Shown: in pieces, positions 52,701 through 64,000 of the stretch
Numbering within the stretch: the first letter of the stretch is position 1
Layout of the letters: each line of letters begins with the position of its first letter
Assembly (NCBI GenBank): GCA_965649765.1
Contig: OZ287752.1
Coordinates: 43,214,001-43,278,000 of the forward strand
DNA length: 64,000 nt
Direction of reading: 5' to 3'
From: Bispira polyomma
Lineage: Eukaryota
The notes under the pieces: generated by a model
The model's database searches: none
What the model was told of the DNA's origin: nothing
Seen by the model: the letters and a program-made list of their open reading frames with translations, nothing else
Translations under genes and position numbers: made by a program

Positions 52701-54182
52701 GGTAATCTGCCGAACTACTAGTTGTTGGAACCTGACTTGTTCTATAATTATGCCCTCTGATCATTTGAATATGTGAATCTAGTCCCCTAAGATAAATACC
52801 CCTTCTTTGCAGGCGACTTGTTCAGTAAGAAAGCCTCTAGTTAGTTTTTAAATGTATTGGAGATGTCAACTGTTCCGTCCTGGTAGACATAGTATCAGTT
52901 TGAGGTAATGGGATGGGTGATGCTGAAACTTGTCAATGTCACATAAATCACCAAGAGAATACAACCACAGAGAAGTATATGACTTCTATAGAAACCTTTA
53001 GAACCTGCTGTTTTGTTTGTCCCACAAATAAATAACGTGCATTCCCACTTGGGGTATGATTTCTGTTTCACAGAATACACCTAAAAATCTACCTTATTGC
53101 AAGCAGTTTTATCACGTAGACAGGCTTTGAATTGATTCAAGTTTAAAGCTTAGTAAAACGTTTGAATCATGTAGGTTGAACACTTCCTTTTTAGTAAACA
53201 GTCTGAATTTTTGTTTTTCTTCCTATTGTCGATATTTTTTATCATTCTAGGACAATAATACAGTGACATTTCACCTTACTAGCATTGTGTGAACATTTAT
53301 GACACACTTATATAAAAACAGAAGAAATTTGTAATTTTTAGGAAAGGGGAATTTATTTTTGCAAAGAGGAAACGTGAATTTTCTTTTTAGAGCAAAAAAA
53401 TCCTATGCTATGTTATTAACAGACAGAAAGTTGTACAATTAATTGAACATAGCAGATTGTTATTGCTCATGATGCCAAAAGGCCAATCAAATGTTAATAC
53501 TGCAATTTTGTGAGTACCGAGTTCTGAAAAAAGCCAGACTATCGGCTCTATATTATATGTTTCTTGGTATTATTGGATAAGTCCTGCATTGTATTGAGTC
53601 AAAGTGGAATTTCCAAACAGCCATGCTCGATTAATTTCTGCAAATACAGTTAATCGTCCAATGTGGAGTTCTTTCTTCGACCTCAACAAAAAGCGATTGA
53701 TTGTCACTTAGGAAAACATATCTTTCAACTACACAAGTCATAATAACCATGCCTTAAAAGTTTTCATAAAATTTCAGATATGATGTCAGTTTACAACAAA
53801 TAATTCACTAGTTAAAATAGTGGAATAAAAACCTTTTATCAGTGTAAAATGTGTGTACCACGAGCAGATATAGAAATGAATGCGGAAAGTGGATATGAAC
53901 AATAAAAAAAATAAAAAGGTTTGTAGAAATTATATAAATAACATTGTTCTGTAACACGGGTGTCTACCTATGTAGAGTTGATTTTTGTTTGGATAAAATC
54001 AATACATGTAAAAAGTATGCTGACAACTGTTTATCATAAGAGCAAGGATCACTACAGATTGATTAATATGAAGTGGTGTTATGTGTGTACGTGCAATACT
54101 ATACATTAATATTGTACATAAATCTTTGGTCACTGGGCATCGTGGCACTTGAATAAAGTTGAGTTTCTTTGAGAAGAAGTAT

Positions 54183-54184
54183 TA

Positions 54185-54218
<34 letters not shown>

Positions 54219-54221
54219 TTT
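54183..54221. repeat. (TA)n microsatellite joined to poly-T
   Basis: Directly visible. Confidence 0.9.
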
Positions 54222-56727
54222 GAGTAATGTTAATATTGTCAACACAGAACGCATGTGTTACATGTATTAAGTACACTACTGTTATTGTTCATTTATAATT
54301 AATCAATACCATTAGTGACACATTGCATCTCTGTAAATCTGAATGCTGCTGAGTACAATCTGATTATTCTAATAAAATGTGAACATTCCTTCTTTTAACA
54401 ACTGATGAGTAAATTTAAGTATTCAAAAGTATGACCGTTTAGGGTCTCATAAAGTGGAAAAATAAAATGACCACTTTTGAATATTACCAAATTTAAAACA
54501 CAAATACACCTTAAATAATTGTACATTAGTGTTAGGCTGTGGAGTACTCAAAATTGTGTTATTTGTATTTTAATTCTTGAGCATTGCCTTTTTTTTAAAA
54601 TGGAAAACAAAATACATCTCATCATAAAAAAACATATCAGTTTATAAAATATTATCTAGCACTTCACATCAATACACAGAAACAGAGAAAGTATGTAGCA
54701 TCAATTAATAATAAAGGGAATTTCGATTTTAAAACTCAAAATACCTTTAGAAATAATGTGTTCAAAACTTACAATTAGATAAAAGTATTATTTTGGGTAT
54801 CTTTTAAGCAATGAAAAGATGCTCATAAAGAATTAGCTTTCTGTGATATATCACTTCCTCAATTGATCATTATCTGTCCAAAGAAAGGCTTTAGAAACAA
54901 ATACCAACTTTTAACAATAAAATGACATAATTGTTCTATCATCACCACTAAAACAACAGAAACTTGGTAAAGACAGGATTAAATAAACAGAAAAAAAAAA
55001 CTCCTTTCATGCAAGCGCAGATAGGGGATACATTGTTTGGGGTTTTTTTAATGGTAGTAAAATAGTGGTTCACATATTTTTTAATTTATTAGGAAACAAC
55101 ACCTAACTAATATATAAAGAAAATATTATTATTGGCTATCATTGATTTCAAGTGTCATTCTCTTTCGAAAAATAAATTAATTTTATCCTATGTTTGGGGC
55201 ATATTCCAAAGCTATCAATGTACTAAATATTAGGATGGTTAAATATTAAACAAAAACCAAGTTATAGATTACATCAGTTAAAATGATTAGTATAAATTTT
55301 TTTGTATTTTCTAATTGCTTATTTTTTAGTGTGAGCATTATTTTTGACAATTGTCATTTGTTACTTTTAAAATGGTTTATAAATTATTGTTAACCTAGTT
55401 AGCATATGTTGCCTCAAATTGTACCAAGTGTTATATTCCGTTTGGATTGATACTAATTTTAATGATGACATATTTGGCATTTAAAACTTCATGTCCCAGG
55501 ACGAATTTTGCACACAGAAAATATATAGTTTGGCTTCGCGTAAGTTCTATGCACCCTGATTTCGATAACGCAGGAATATATTCGATTAATTTGAAGACTT
55601 CTGGTAATAGAAACACTCTGTCCTCTTTTGCCGCCGTGAACTAAATATTATTTCATTTCGAAATATATTGTTGTTTGTCGTTAGATTCAAGTAAGACGAA
55701 TCTTTGACTATGTAAATGGTTAATCAATAAAGGGTCAGCGTATATGCATTGATAACATTTCATGAGACCAAGAACCCTTTCTATGATTTTATGTACATTG
55801 AGCGATATTTGGGCTACTGTTACGTAAGTGGTTTTTGACTAAAAAGCATTTCTGTGTAGATATAGTTCTCATGCCATTTACCGAATATTACCGATATAAA
55901 TACCCCGAAAATAGTAATATAATTCTAAAATACAACATTATCCGGTATAAATAATGTTTTTAAAACATTTTTTGTTATAAACGATTCTAACATGATACGG
56001 CTGTGTCCGCGATATTCTAATTGGCCAACAGCCAAGGTGAAATTCTGCATATACCTGTAGCTGTTCCATCGGTTCCACTGCAAACATAATTAAGATGGAA
56101 GAGCTTATCATTATTTACATTTGTCACTAAAGTATATGGTTATTTCTTTCAAATTAAGGCAAGTTTTATATTGTTTAATAAGCCAATTCGTAGTTCCGAG
56201 TGCGCATGTGTAGTTCAACAGAAGTGAAAATCTTAAGCGCACATAAACAAATGAACTTATATGACTTGGCAAAATATATTAAAATGTTATTTCTCAGTTA
56301 TTATTCTAAATAATAGCCTCAGATTTGGATATATGATGCATTAGTAGTGGTTCTTTGTAAATATATTTACTACATCATTAAAGGATAACATTCCCATTGA
56401 ACTTTTATACAAGCACGATATTTTGCATAATAAAAATGCCGATTATTAATTAATTACTCAGAAAATACTGTAGGTATAAATTTTACAAAAATATGATGAG
56501 AAAGCTTATTATATTGCGATTACTATGATATTTTTTGCATCAAAATCCCTTGCGAAATGACAGAGATATTAAATTTTTAATATGGGTACCCATGTTAAAT
56601 TGGCTGTTGGCTGCACATTTGCAGTATGCATGTGGTTCTTGTTTATGTGCCGTATATAAGACCGGAAGATTGTAACTACGGCTGCGCAATCAGATCTACG
56701 AACTGGCTTATATTTTGTCGTGTTAGA

Positions 56728-56874
56728 ATAGGAATAACACTCCAAAGCATGGTATACCAAGAATTTTACCATTCTTCAACGATTATACCCACTCAGGCTT
56801 CGCCTTCGTCGGCCTACACCTTGAATCATGGTACAATTCTGTGTATACCATGCTTTGTCAGGTGTTATTCCTAT
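56728..56874. mobile_element. 147-bp palindromic element with central GGCTTCGCC (possible non-autonomous Crypton-like element)
   Basis: Arms 56728-56779 and 56821-56874 are reverse-complementary apart from a few mismatches and a 2-nt indel. The 41-nt spacer contains GGCTTCGCC at 56796-56804. The family assignment is tentative. Confidence 0.7.
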
Positions 56875-57794
56875 AATTGTGTAATTAAAGGAAAATATTA
56901 CTAAATATACGGCTAAAATATATCCCTACACCAACATACAGTAATGGGGGTGTGCGCTTACACATTTACAAGTGAGAAAACAGTTACAACAAAACCATTT
57001 ATGGGACACCTTTGGGACAACTTATCTGTCAAACACAGACGTACATAAAACCGGTTGGCTTGTAAGACTGTTGTGTTTATAGTAGATGTGCCTATTTTTG
57101 ATACATGCTATACCGAATATTCTTTCTCTATTTAACAAGATTCCTTGCTGTTATTTTGACGACACTCTTCCTGAAAACAACCAGAACGGCTACCATAAGC
57201 AAAACATAAATTTAGCCTGAGGTAACAAGGCTGTACAGAGGTGTGGCAATGTTTGTTGTTTAGTTTTTATTTTATATTAATTGCTATCTGTCATGTCGGC
57301 ATGAAATAACAACAAATCGCCTACTTTAAGGATGTAAGGAATTAGGGGATGTATTTATTTTTACCAGATTTTATCTATATATGCCGATTTTGATTTACAA
57401 CGTTTTGCTTATAGTAGCTATTCTGTCCTTTTTAGTAGATTGGCATCTGCCAATCTACTTTTAATATAGCTATGATCTTGCCTGACAACTAGCTTAGAAC
57501 AAGCAAATATCAGAGACTGTTAAGAATTAAGTGGTAAAATTTAGCTTGTGTACAGCTGATGTTTTGGAGATGGAGCAAATTTTTTTTTGTGGTTTTATAT
57601 CTTTTTTTTAATGGAGTTATAGCCATGTTTATGTAACCCAGGGGGAAATCCCCCCCCCCCCCCCCCCCTGTTGCTAAGGCAAAAATGATTGATTGGTTTT
57701 TTTCCTTATAAAACTTTGCCGACAATTTTCCCCCTCTTTTTTTAATGTAGACCTGGTGAAATAATAATTAGCTCACTGAATGAATACTGGAAGA

Positions 57795-58025
57795 GGCTCC
57801 CCCTTTTTTCTGCTATACAACTAACCGCCCTCCTCTCCCCTTGGCAATGTGCCTGGAAAAAGCTTAGTCATGTTCAGCCCATATATTGATTGTGAGGGGG
57901 CAGACCAGGGGCTTTTCCTTTGATCTTTTTTTCCCTGTCTTTTTCAACAAGGCCATGGGGGGAGGGGGGGGGGGGGGGGCTCTTTTTCTGCTATACAAGT
58001 AATACCCCCCCTCCTCCCCCTTAGA
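57795..58025. repeat. Duplicated TTTTTCTGCTATACAA.TAA..CCC.TCCTC.CCC motif amid long G/C homopolymers
   Basis: Copies near 57796-57842 and 57977-58022. C run at 57650-57668 and G-rich run at about 57957-57979. Confidence 0.7.
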
Positions 58026-58757
58026 AAAAAAGCCACAATTAAAAATCAATAGTCCTGCCTGTGCTTGTTATCTTATCAGATGATAAAGACAAACACATCC
58101 AACAGAACACAAAATACCACAGCATACAAAAATCAATATATAGTTATCTTGAATATTTGGCTATATGTGTGGTTAACTCATTTAGCTCTGTAATTAATGG
58201 GGGAAATAGTAGGTGTGTGTGTGTCCTTAAATTGTTCAAAGTGGTTCTTTTTTTATACAGTGTTTTTTCTTTGGGAAAACATGTGTTGTAACTTATAGAG
58301 GAGTTTTATTTCTACTACAACATAATGTGGCATTATATTCAGGATACTTATATATATCATATATTGTTTGGTCAGGATAAAGTATCTTAAAGCTCTAAAG
58401 GTACAATTTTATAAACTGTGAGTTAAATATCAGCTTTCAATATTACAATTTTGTAAGCTGTGAGTTAAATATCAGCTTTCAATATTGTAATTTTTGTCTG
58501 TCAAAATAACCCATCCAGTGTTGAGTGTATGTGAACAAATGAATAGCCATTTAAAATAAAGTAAATCAAATAATAACATCAATATAATAACAATAAATGG
58601 ATCTTAACAGTATCATAGTGGTCACAGGATACTTTTTTGGATACTACACAAGGAAGTTTTTACCACACAACAATTAAAAAGATGAAGCCAAGTGAGGGGT
58701 GAGTCAGCTGCTTTTTTTTGCTTTTTTTTTTTTCCTTTTTTTTCTGGGGGAGTGGTT

Positions 58758-58874
58758 GGGTGTACGGAACTTTGCCCACAGGACCTTTGCCTACAATGAA
58801 CTTTGCCCACAGGACCTTTGCCCACAAGGAACTTTGCCCACAACAATTTATACAGGGGAGGAATTTTGCCCACA
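58758..58874. repeat. 15-16-bp repeats of TTTGCCCACA (6 copies); probable DNA-transposon terminus
   Basis: GGGTGTACGGAACTTTGCCCACA followed by five more variants. No partner end found in the window. Confidence 0.7.
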
Positions 58875-59603
58875 ATAATAATAAAATATTGAATAAACCT
58901 TACATGTATCCGTTATAGCACAGTTTTTGATCACCTCCAGTGTTTTTTTTTAATTTCCATCTTGCAAAACTATGTAAATCCATAAACACTGAATTAAATG
59001 CTCAGAAGGTCAACCTTGTATACTTTATATAGTGCAACTTAGGAAGTGCAATTAATGTTCGATCTCTTTTAAAAGGAGCTATATGTCCTGAGCAGTTATC
59101 TGAGGGGGGGGAGGGGGGGGGCTTGTCATGGTAATTTATTTATTGGAAGCTATCATTTAATTAAAGTGACTAGTACATAAAATACAGTTAACACATACAA
59201 TAACTTTTCTGCACCCAGCCCATCAGGCTTGTAAGTCGCTTTTGATATAAAACAAAACAACCAGTAGGTGTGTTGTAAATAAATAACATCAATTCATAAC
59301 AAGGGGAATATAATAAAATGAAATGAAAATAAAGTTTGGGTTTAACTTTTACCATAAAGCAACGATTAGCTTTGCTCCTAAGAACAACATAAGAATTTTA
59401 CTACATTTTTGATACAGTTATGTAATAAAAAATCAAACTGTTCTTGCTTTTCAAGGTTCATAAAATTACTATTCCTATCATGGCAGCTTGCACAAGGTCA
59501 ATATGATATAATTCATAACAGGGGCAGTCAAGTTATTATTATAAATTATTGGATTATTAATGAAATATTTAAGAACAATTTCTAGATTATCATGGGAAGC
59601 CTA

Positions 59604-60002
59604 GATTGTAGGACATAAAAAAAAAACAGTCAAAAAGTATTTGGACAAAAAGTATCACTATTTGGACAAAAATTATTTTCTTGAAATTTGACACATAACC
59701 ATAAAACATGAGTTTTAATTTTGAAAAGATGCTTAGTAGTGACTTCCTTTGTCCTTTTCTTTTATAATCTTCTTAAATGGCTTTATCTTAAATTTTTTTA
59801 AGTATACTTGGGAATGTGTATTTGCACTTTACTTAATGCTCAGGTTCTTTTACGTTCCAAAAGTTACTGAGTATCTATGAAAAGATACACTCATCCCATA
59901 AAAATACTTTTTGTCCAAGGAGTGATCCTTTTTGTGCAAATCCTTTTTCCAAATACCTTTTGTCTTTTTATTCTTGTCCATTTTATTTTTGTCTGTACAG
60001 CC
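59604..60002. mobile_element. MITE-like element of about 400 bp with degenerate TIRs
   Basis: Left TTTGGACAAAAAGTATCACTATTTGGACAAAAA (59640-59672) mirrors right TTTTTGTCCAAGGAGTGATCCTTTTTGTGCAAA (59908-59940). Confidence 0.65.
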
Positions 60003-60096
60003 AATAAGGGTTGTAAATGAAATCTTTAAAAAATATTAATTAGAATATTAATACACTATATGTATAATCCCTCTTAAGAATATTGTACACATAAAT

Positions 60097-60197
60097 CAAG
60101 GCCCATATTCACGAAGGGACTTAGCCAAGTCTTAGACTTAAATCTAGCACAAAAGTATACCGATTTAAGCCAAGGAGTTGGCTAAATCCCTTCGTGA
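60097..60197. mobile_element. Hairpin MITE, copy 2 (inverted relative to 40196-40308)
   Basis: Same arm sequence as copy 1. The loop TAGCACAAAAGTATAC is the reverse complement of the copy-1 loop. The right terminus is lost. Confidence 0.88.
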
Positions 60198-60283
60198 TGT
60201 GTGAAATTAAACAGTAAAAGAATATGTGCATATTAAACGAATATGTGCATATTAAAAGAATATGTGCATATTGTAACATTAAT

Positions 60284-61588
60284 TGTATCCACCGATCCGT
60301 TAACACTCTCAACGGAAAAGTAGACCAGCTAGCTTCACCAAATTTTGCAGGATATCTTCATTGGGAGGTAAGTTTCTCTGCGACTGAAATTAGTCTCATT
60401 CTGAAAAACAAGATGGCCGCCATGGATATTTCTTTGAAAATTATCTACCTTTTTCTACTGGCTGGTTTTCGTAACTAGAAGGTTAAATCATTTCATAGGT
60501 GATATGTATAACAGATTTATATGTCCTCTACAAGCATACAGACATTTGACCTACATACAGCTCTTCATTCAAGGTCATCCACAGAGTGCCAAAGTACCCC
60601 ACAGCAGACTTTAAAAGTGCCTATATCTCCCTTATTATTGGTCTTAGAGGTTTGGCATGTGAAGTCTACCTTTTGAAAATCATGGGCTGGAAATCTTCTG
60701 ATGTGGTCAGGTTTGACCTTGGGCCCCTCCTTCAAGGTCAAACAAGCTATCCAAACTTAAAAGTGCTTATAACTCGCTTATTATTGGTCCTACAGGTTTG
60801 CATTGTGAAACCCACTTATAGGTAATTATGGGCTAGGAATCTTCTGATATAGTCAGATTTGACCTTAGGCCCTTCCTTCAAAGTCAAATGAGGATAACTA
60901 AACTTAAAAGTGCTTATAACTCGCTTATTATTGCTTCTAGAGATTTGCAATGTGAAACTAACTTATAGATAATCATGGGCTGGGACTCTTCTGATGTGGT
61001 CAGATTTGACCTTGGGCCCCTATTTCAAGGTCAGATGAGGGTAGCCAAACTTATAAGTGCTTATAACTCGCTTTTTATTGGTCCTACAGTTTTGGGATGT
61101 GAAACAAACCTATAGGAAATCATGGGCTGGGAGTCTTCTGATGTAGTCAGGTTTGACCTTGGGCCCCTCCTTGAAGGTCAAATAAGGGTAGCCAAATTTT
61201 AAAATGCTTATAACATGCTTAATTTTGGTCCTGGAGATTTGGAATGTCAAACCAATTTAAGGAAATCATAGACGTAGAGGTTTGGGATGTGAAACCAACC
61301 TACAGAAAACATGGGCTGCTAATCTTTTGGTCACATTTAACCTTAGATCCCTCGTTCAAGGTCAAACGGGTAGGCCAAACTTTAAAGTCCCTATCACAGA
61401 CTTATTATTGGTCCCACAAGTTTGCAGTGTCAAACCCACTTGTGCCATTTAAGGCTTTAGCATAAATGCCCTATAGGAAATCGTAGGCTTCTAGCTTGGG
61501 TGCTAGCTAGAGTGCTTACTACCGAGGGTGCTTTGTCTTTCTGGTGGTTACAAATATGCGTCAGTTCTCCAATGCGCTAGGTCTAGTT
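60284..61588 (+). mobile_element. Non-autonomous Helitron/Helentron-like element with internal tandem repeats
   Basis: 5' TGTATCCACCGATCCGTTAACAC (like a decayed GTCC microsatellite), AACAAGATGGCCGCC, an internal array of TTTGACCTT..AAGGTCAAA units, then an imperfect 3' hairpin and CTAG(TT) at 61583-61588. Confidence 0.7.
60600..61440. repeat. 147-bp tandem repeat, about 5.5 copies, inside the Helitron-like element
   Basis: AAA(C/T)TT(A)AAAGTGCTTATAAC at 60753, 60900, 61047 and 61194. Confidence 0.95.
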
Positions 61589-62170
61589 TGATTTAAAAGT
61601 GACGTTGATCCCTTTATCATAAATATGATGAGTGTGTGAAACTGAACACTTTTACTTATATCTGATTTTATTCAATTTCATCAGAAGAATCCATGAACCA
61701 TTTATGTGCATATTGTGTAACATTAATGTCATGTGAAAATGAAATTAATCCCTTCCATATATTCACTGAAATTAGTTCAGTGGATATGTGTAAGAATTAC
61801 CTAATACTATCGGATAATACACATATTCCCAGGTAATTGTAGGGAATATACATATTTCCTGTCCAAAACAGGGAATATGTGTGAATTCACTAAATTTTTA
61901 GGGAATATGCATATTAATAAAAAGTTGTTATATTATAATTAATATTCATTTTAAAGCAATGAAATACCTTTTATCAGCTTTATTTTATAACATTTTTTTC
62001 GATCGCAGATTCTGCCATTTTGTAAACAAAACAACCAAATATCTCATTCTGCACACCTTCTAAAATATTAAACTACAGTTAGTTTGTCTGCTACATTTTC
62101 ATTGATTTAAAATTGAGGAGTTGTTCTGGGACAACCAATCAACAGCTAGCTTTCTTCTAGCAAATTGCAA

Positions 62171-62184
62171 GCGCCACCTAGTGA
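62171..62184 (-). promoter_or_regulatory. CTCF-like motif
   Basis: Minus strand TCACTAGGTGGCGC differs at one position from the core CCACTAGGTGGCGC. Confidence 0.4.
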
Positions 62185-63439
62185 GTGCGAGATTTGTTAC
62201 CACATAAAACCAGCATGGCATAATAAAAGCTGTGTATAATTTATTCAAACCAAAGCAACCATGAAAGGGAAGTTTTCGTTTTTTGTATTGCACATTAGAT
62301 GTATATATCAGATAGCATATTTGGTGTGGTCTGCTTCCAATATACTATTTTAGGAATGTAAGCCATTATAATTTGATGGCTATATATACTTATTGTTAAA
62401 GGTAAAGGGATTGCATATTTAAGCCTGCCGAAATAGTCGGAAATACAGGGTGTGTCCTCGATACTATTGATGATTAATTTCAACTGCAATTTAATCATAT
62501 AGGTCTTGTTTTAGAAAAGGTTTTCTTTTTTCACTAATGGACAATTTATTTAATTTTAGTATTAAAGTGTAAATGATAATATTCTATTTATTCGTAGATG
62601 TGTATATGTCATTTTATTGGTCATAGTCATAATTAGAAAGAAAACAGACATTTGTCATGTTCTCTAAATGTCATTATAATAATTAGAAAGAAAATTTTTA
62701 CAAGCATTTGTCATATTTCTAAGCATTAATCAAGACAGATTTTACGAATGTAATTGCAAAGCTTTATTCTATAGAACAGAAGAGAATAGTGTAAAATTTG
62801 ATGGCATTTCTCCATATTATATGTGGTGTGAGGTATATCATTTTTAAAGTCTGTTTTACAGACAAATATGTTAAAACTGAAATTTAGTTGAACCTAAATT
62901 TTCCACTTGCAATTTTTAATCCAATATTATATTTAAATGATATGGTCTGGAGTACTAGCTCAACTCACATTGGTGCAGTAGAATTTACCTATGAAATGTT
63001 GTATCAGGTGTACAAAGGATTAAGCACAGATGGCTGCACCATATTTAATGCTATCAGAATTGCAACTGAGGTTCATGTATGACATTAAATGGTTAAGCTC
63101 ATTACCATTATAAGGTAGTAAGAATAAAAAATAAAATGTCTTGTTTATTCAATTGTGGCATTATGTGCACTTTAGCCTGAATGTAGCAAGTTGTGTGTAG
63201 CTAAACCTGAGTCATTGTATTGTGCAAGAGTACCCGCAATTATGTGTAATTCACAAAGTGACTTGTGACTTATTTATTTCTCAAGTGGTAATCTGTAACT
63301 ACTAACTGGACCCTGAAGTAGAATTTACTTTTTACACCTATTGGCCAACTCAATTTGTTTTTAATATCATGTAGGAGTACCCACAATTGGTGCCCATTGA
63401 TGTAGTTGGAGGCATTAGACTCTTTTGTTAGGAGGTTGT

Positions 63440-63616
63440 GTGTTTGGGACTTTGAGTTCCTCTCTCAGTCTTGAGAGATATCACCCTTGGGCAGGGTGTT
63501 GACACAAAGATGCCAGTCTACACAGGGGTCTAAAATGGGTACCTGCAAAAGGGATAAGGGCAAAATGTGGATGAATAGCTTGTTATGCATTTAATGGCAG
63601 CATGACTATATGCTCA
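63440..63616 (+). mobile_element. Old CORE/Deu-type SINE remnant
   Basis: CCCTTGGGCAGGG...CACAGGGGTCTAAAATGGGTACCTG...TATATGCTC resembles the conserved central SINE domain (CCTTGGGCAAG..CCCAGGTGTATAAATGGGTACC). Confidence 0.6.
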
Positions 63617-64000
63617 ATAAAATAGCCTCTTTAACAAATGGGCTGATTTTGACTCCAGTTTTGGGGTTGTGTTGTCTCTGAAATAGGTACCTTAATATTT
63701 TTACTTTAATGATGTCATGCTATTGTGGTGGGATAATTGGATTTTTGTGAGAAAGAAAATCTATCATGACCAGTAGTATCCGTTTCCATTTGCGTTGTCA
63801 TCGAGACAATAGCTACATTTACTGTTTGATTTAGGTAAACTTAAATACCATTTGGCAATATGTGGCAATATCAATTTTGTGTTAAGAGTACTACTTTGTG
63901 TTTGTAGTTATGTTTTTGTTGTATTACAATATGCCAGTTAAATTAGACAATGGATTAATGAGACAATAGCCTTCATTACTTCCAAATTAGTGTTACACAA

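Noticed and set aside
52895-53080. Minus-strand terminal exon after a TTTTTAG acceptor
   Set aside because: Unrecognisable peptide, weak polypyrimidine tract, and no partner exon.

Overview
An AT-rich, CpG-poor eukaryotic window, probably from a bilaterian invertebrate (inferred from its repeat classes). I found no supportable host protein-coding gene, rRNA, intact tRNA or CRISPR array. Nearly all ORFs in the supplied track are chance frames or by-products of tandem repeats. The window reads like a very large intron or gene desert. It contains: (i) decayed L2/CR1-group LINE fragments (an RT-bearing piece at 4441-5740 and two inverted copies of another subfamily at 2587-3322 and 20957-21714); (ii) about six tRNA-derived SINEs, one full-length with a 13-bp TSD; (iii) several palindromic or TIR-bounded non-autonomous DNA elements, plus a Helitron/Helentron-like element carrying a 147-bp tandem repeat; (iv) more than a dozen unrelated local tandem arrays, the largest a 4-kb array of 70-bp units with a 1194-bp higher-order duplication; and (v) unique stretches rich in developmental transcription-factor motifs that may be enhancers. 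I cannot show a new biological system from sequence alone. The best leads are structural: a near-perfect 65-bp inverted repeat around 1.6 kb of unique DNA, a palindrome centred on a GCGAAGC mini-hairpin, hairpin MITEs with symmetric substitutions, and two LINE fragments that share a 5' boundary.
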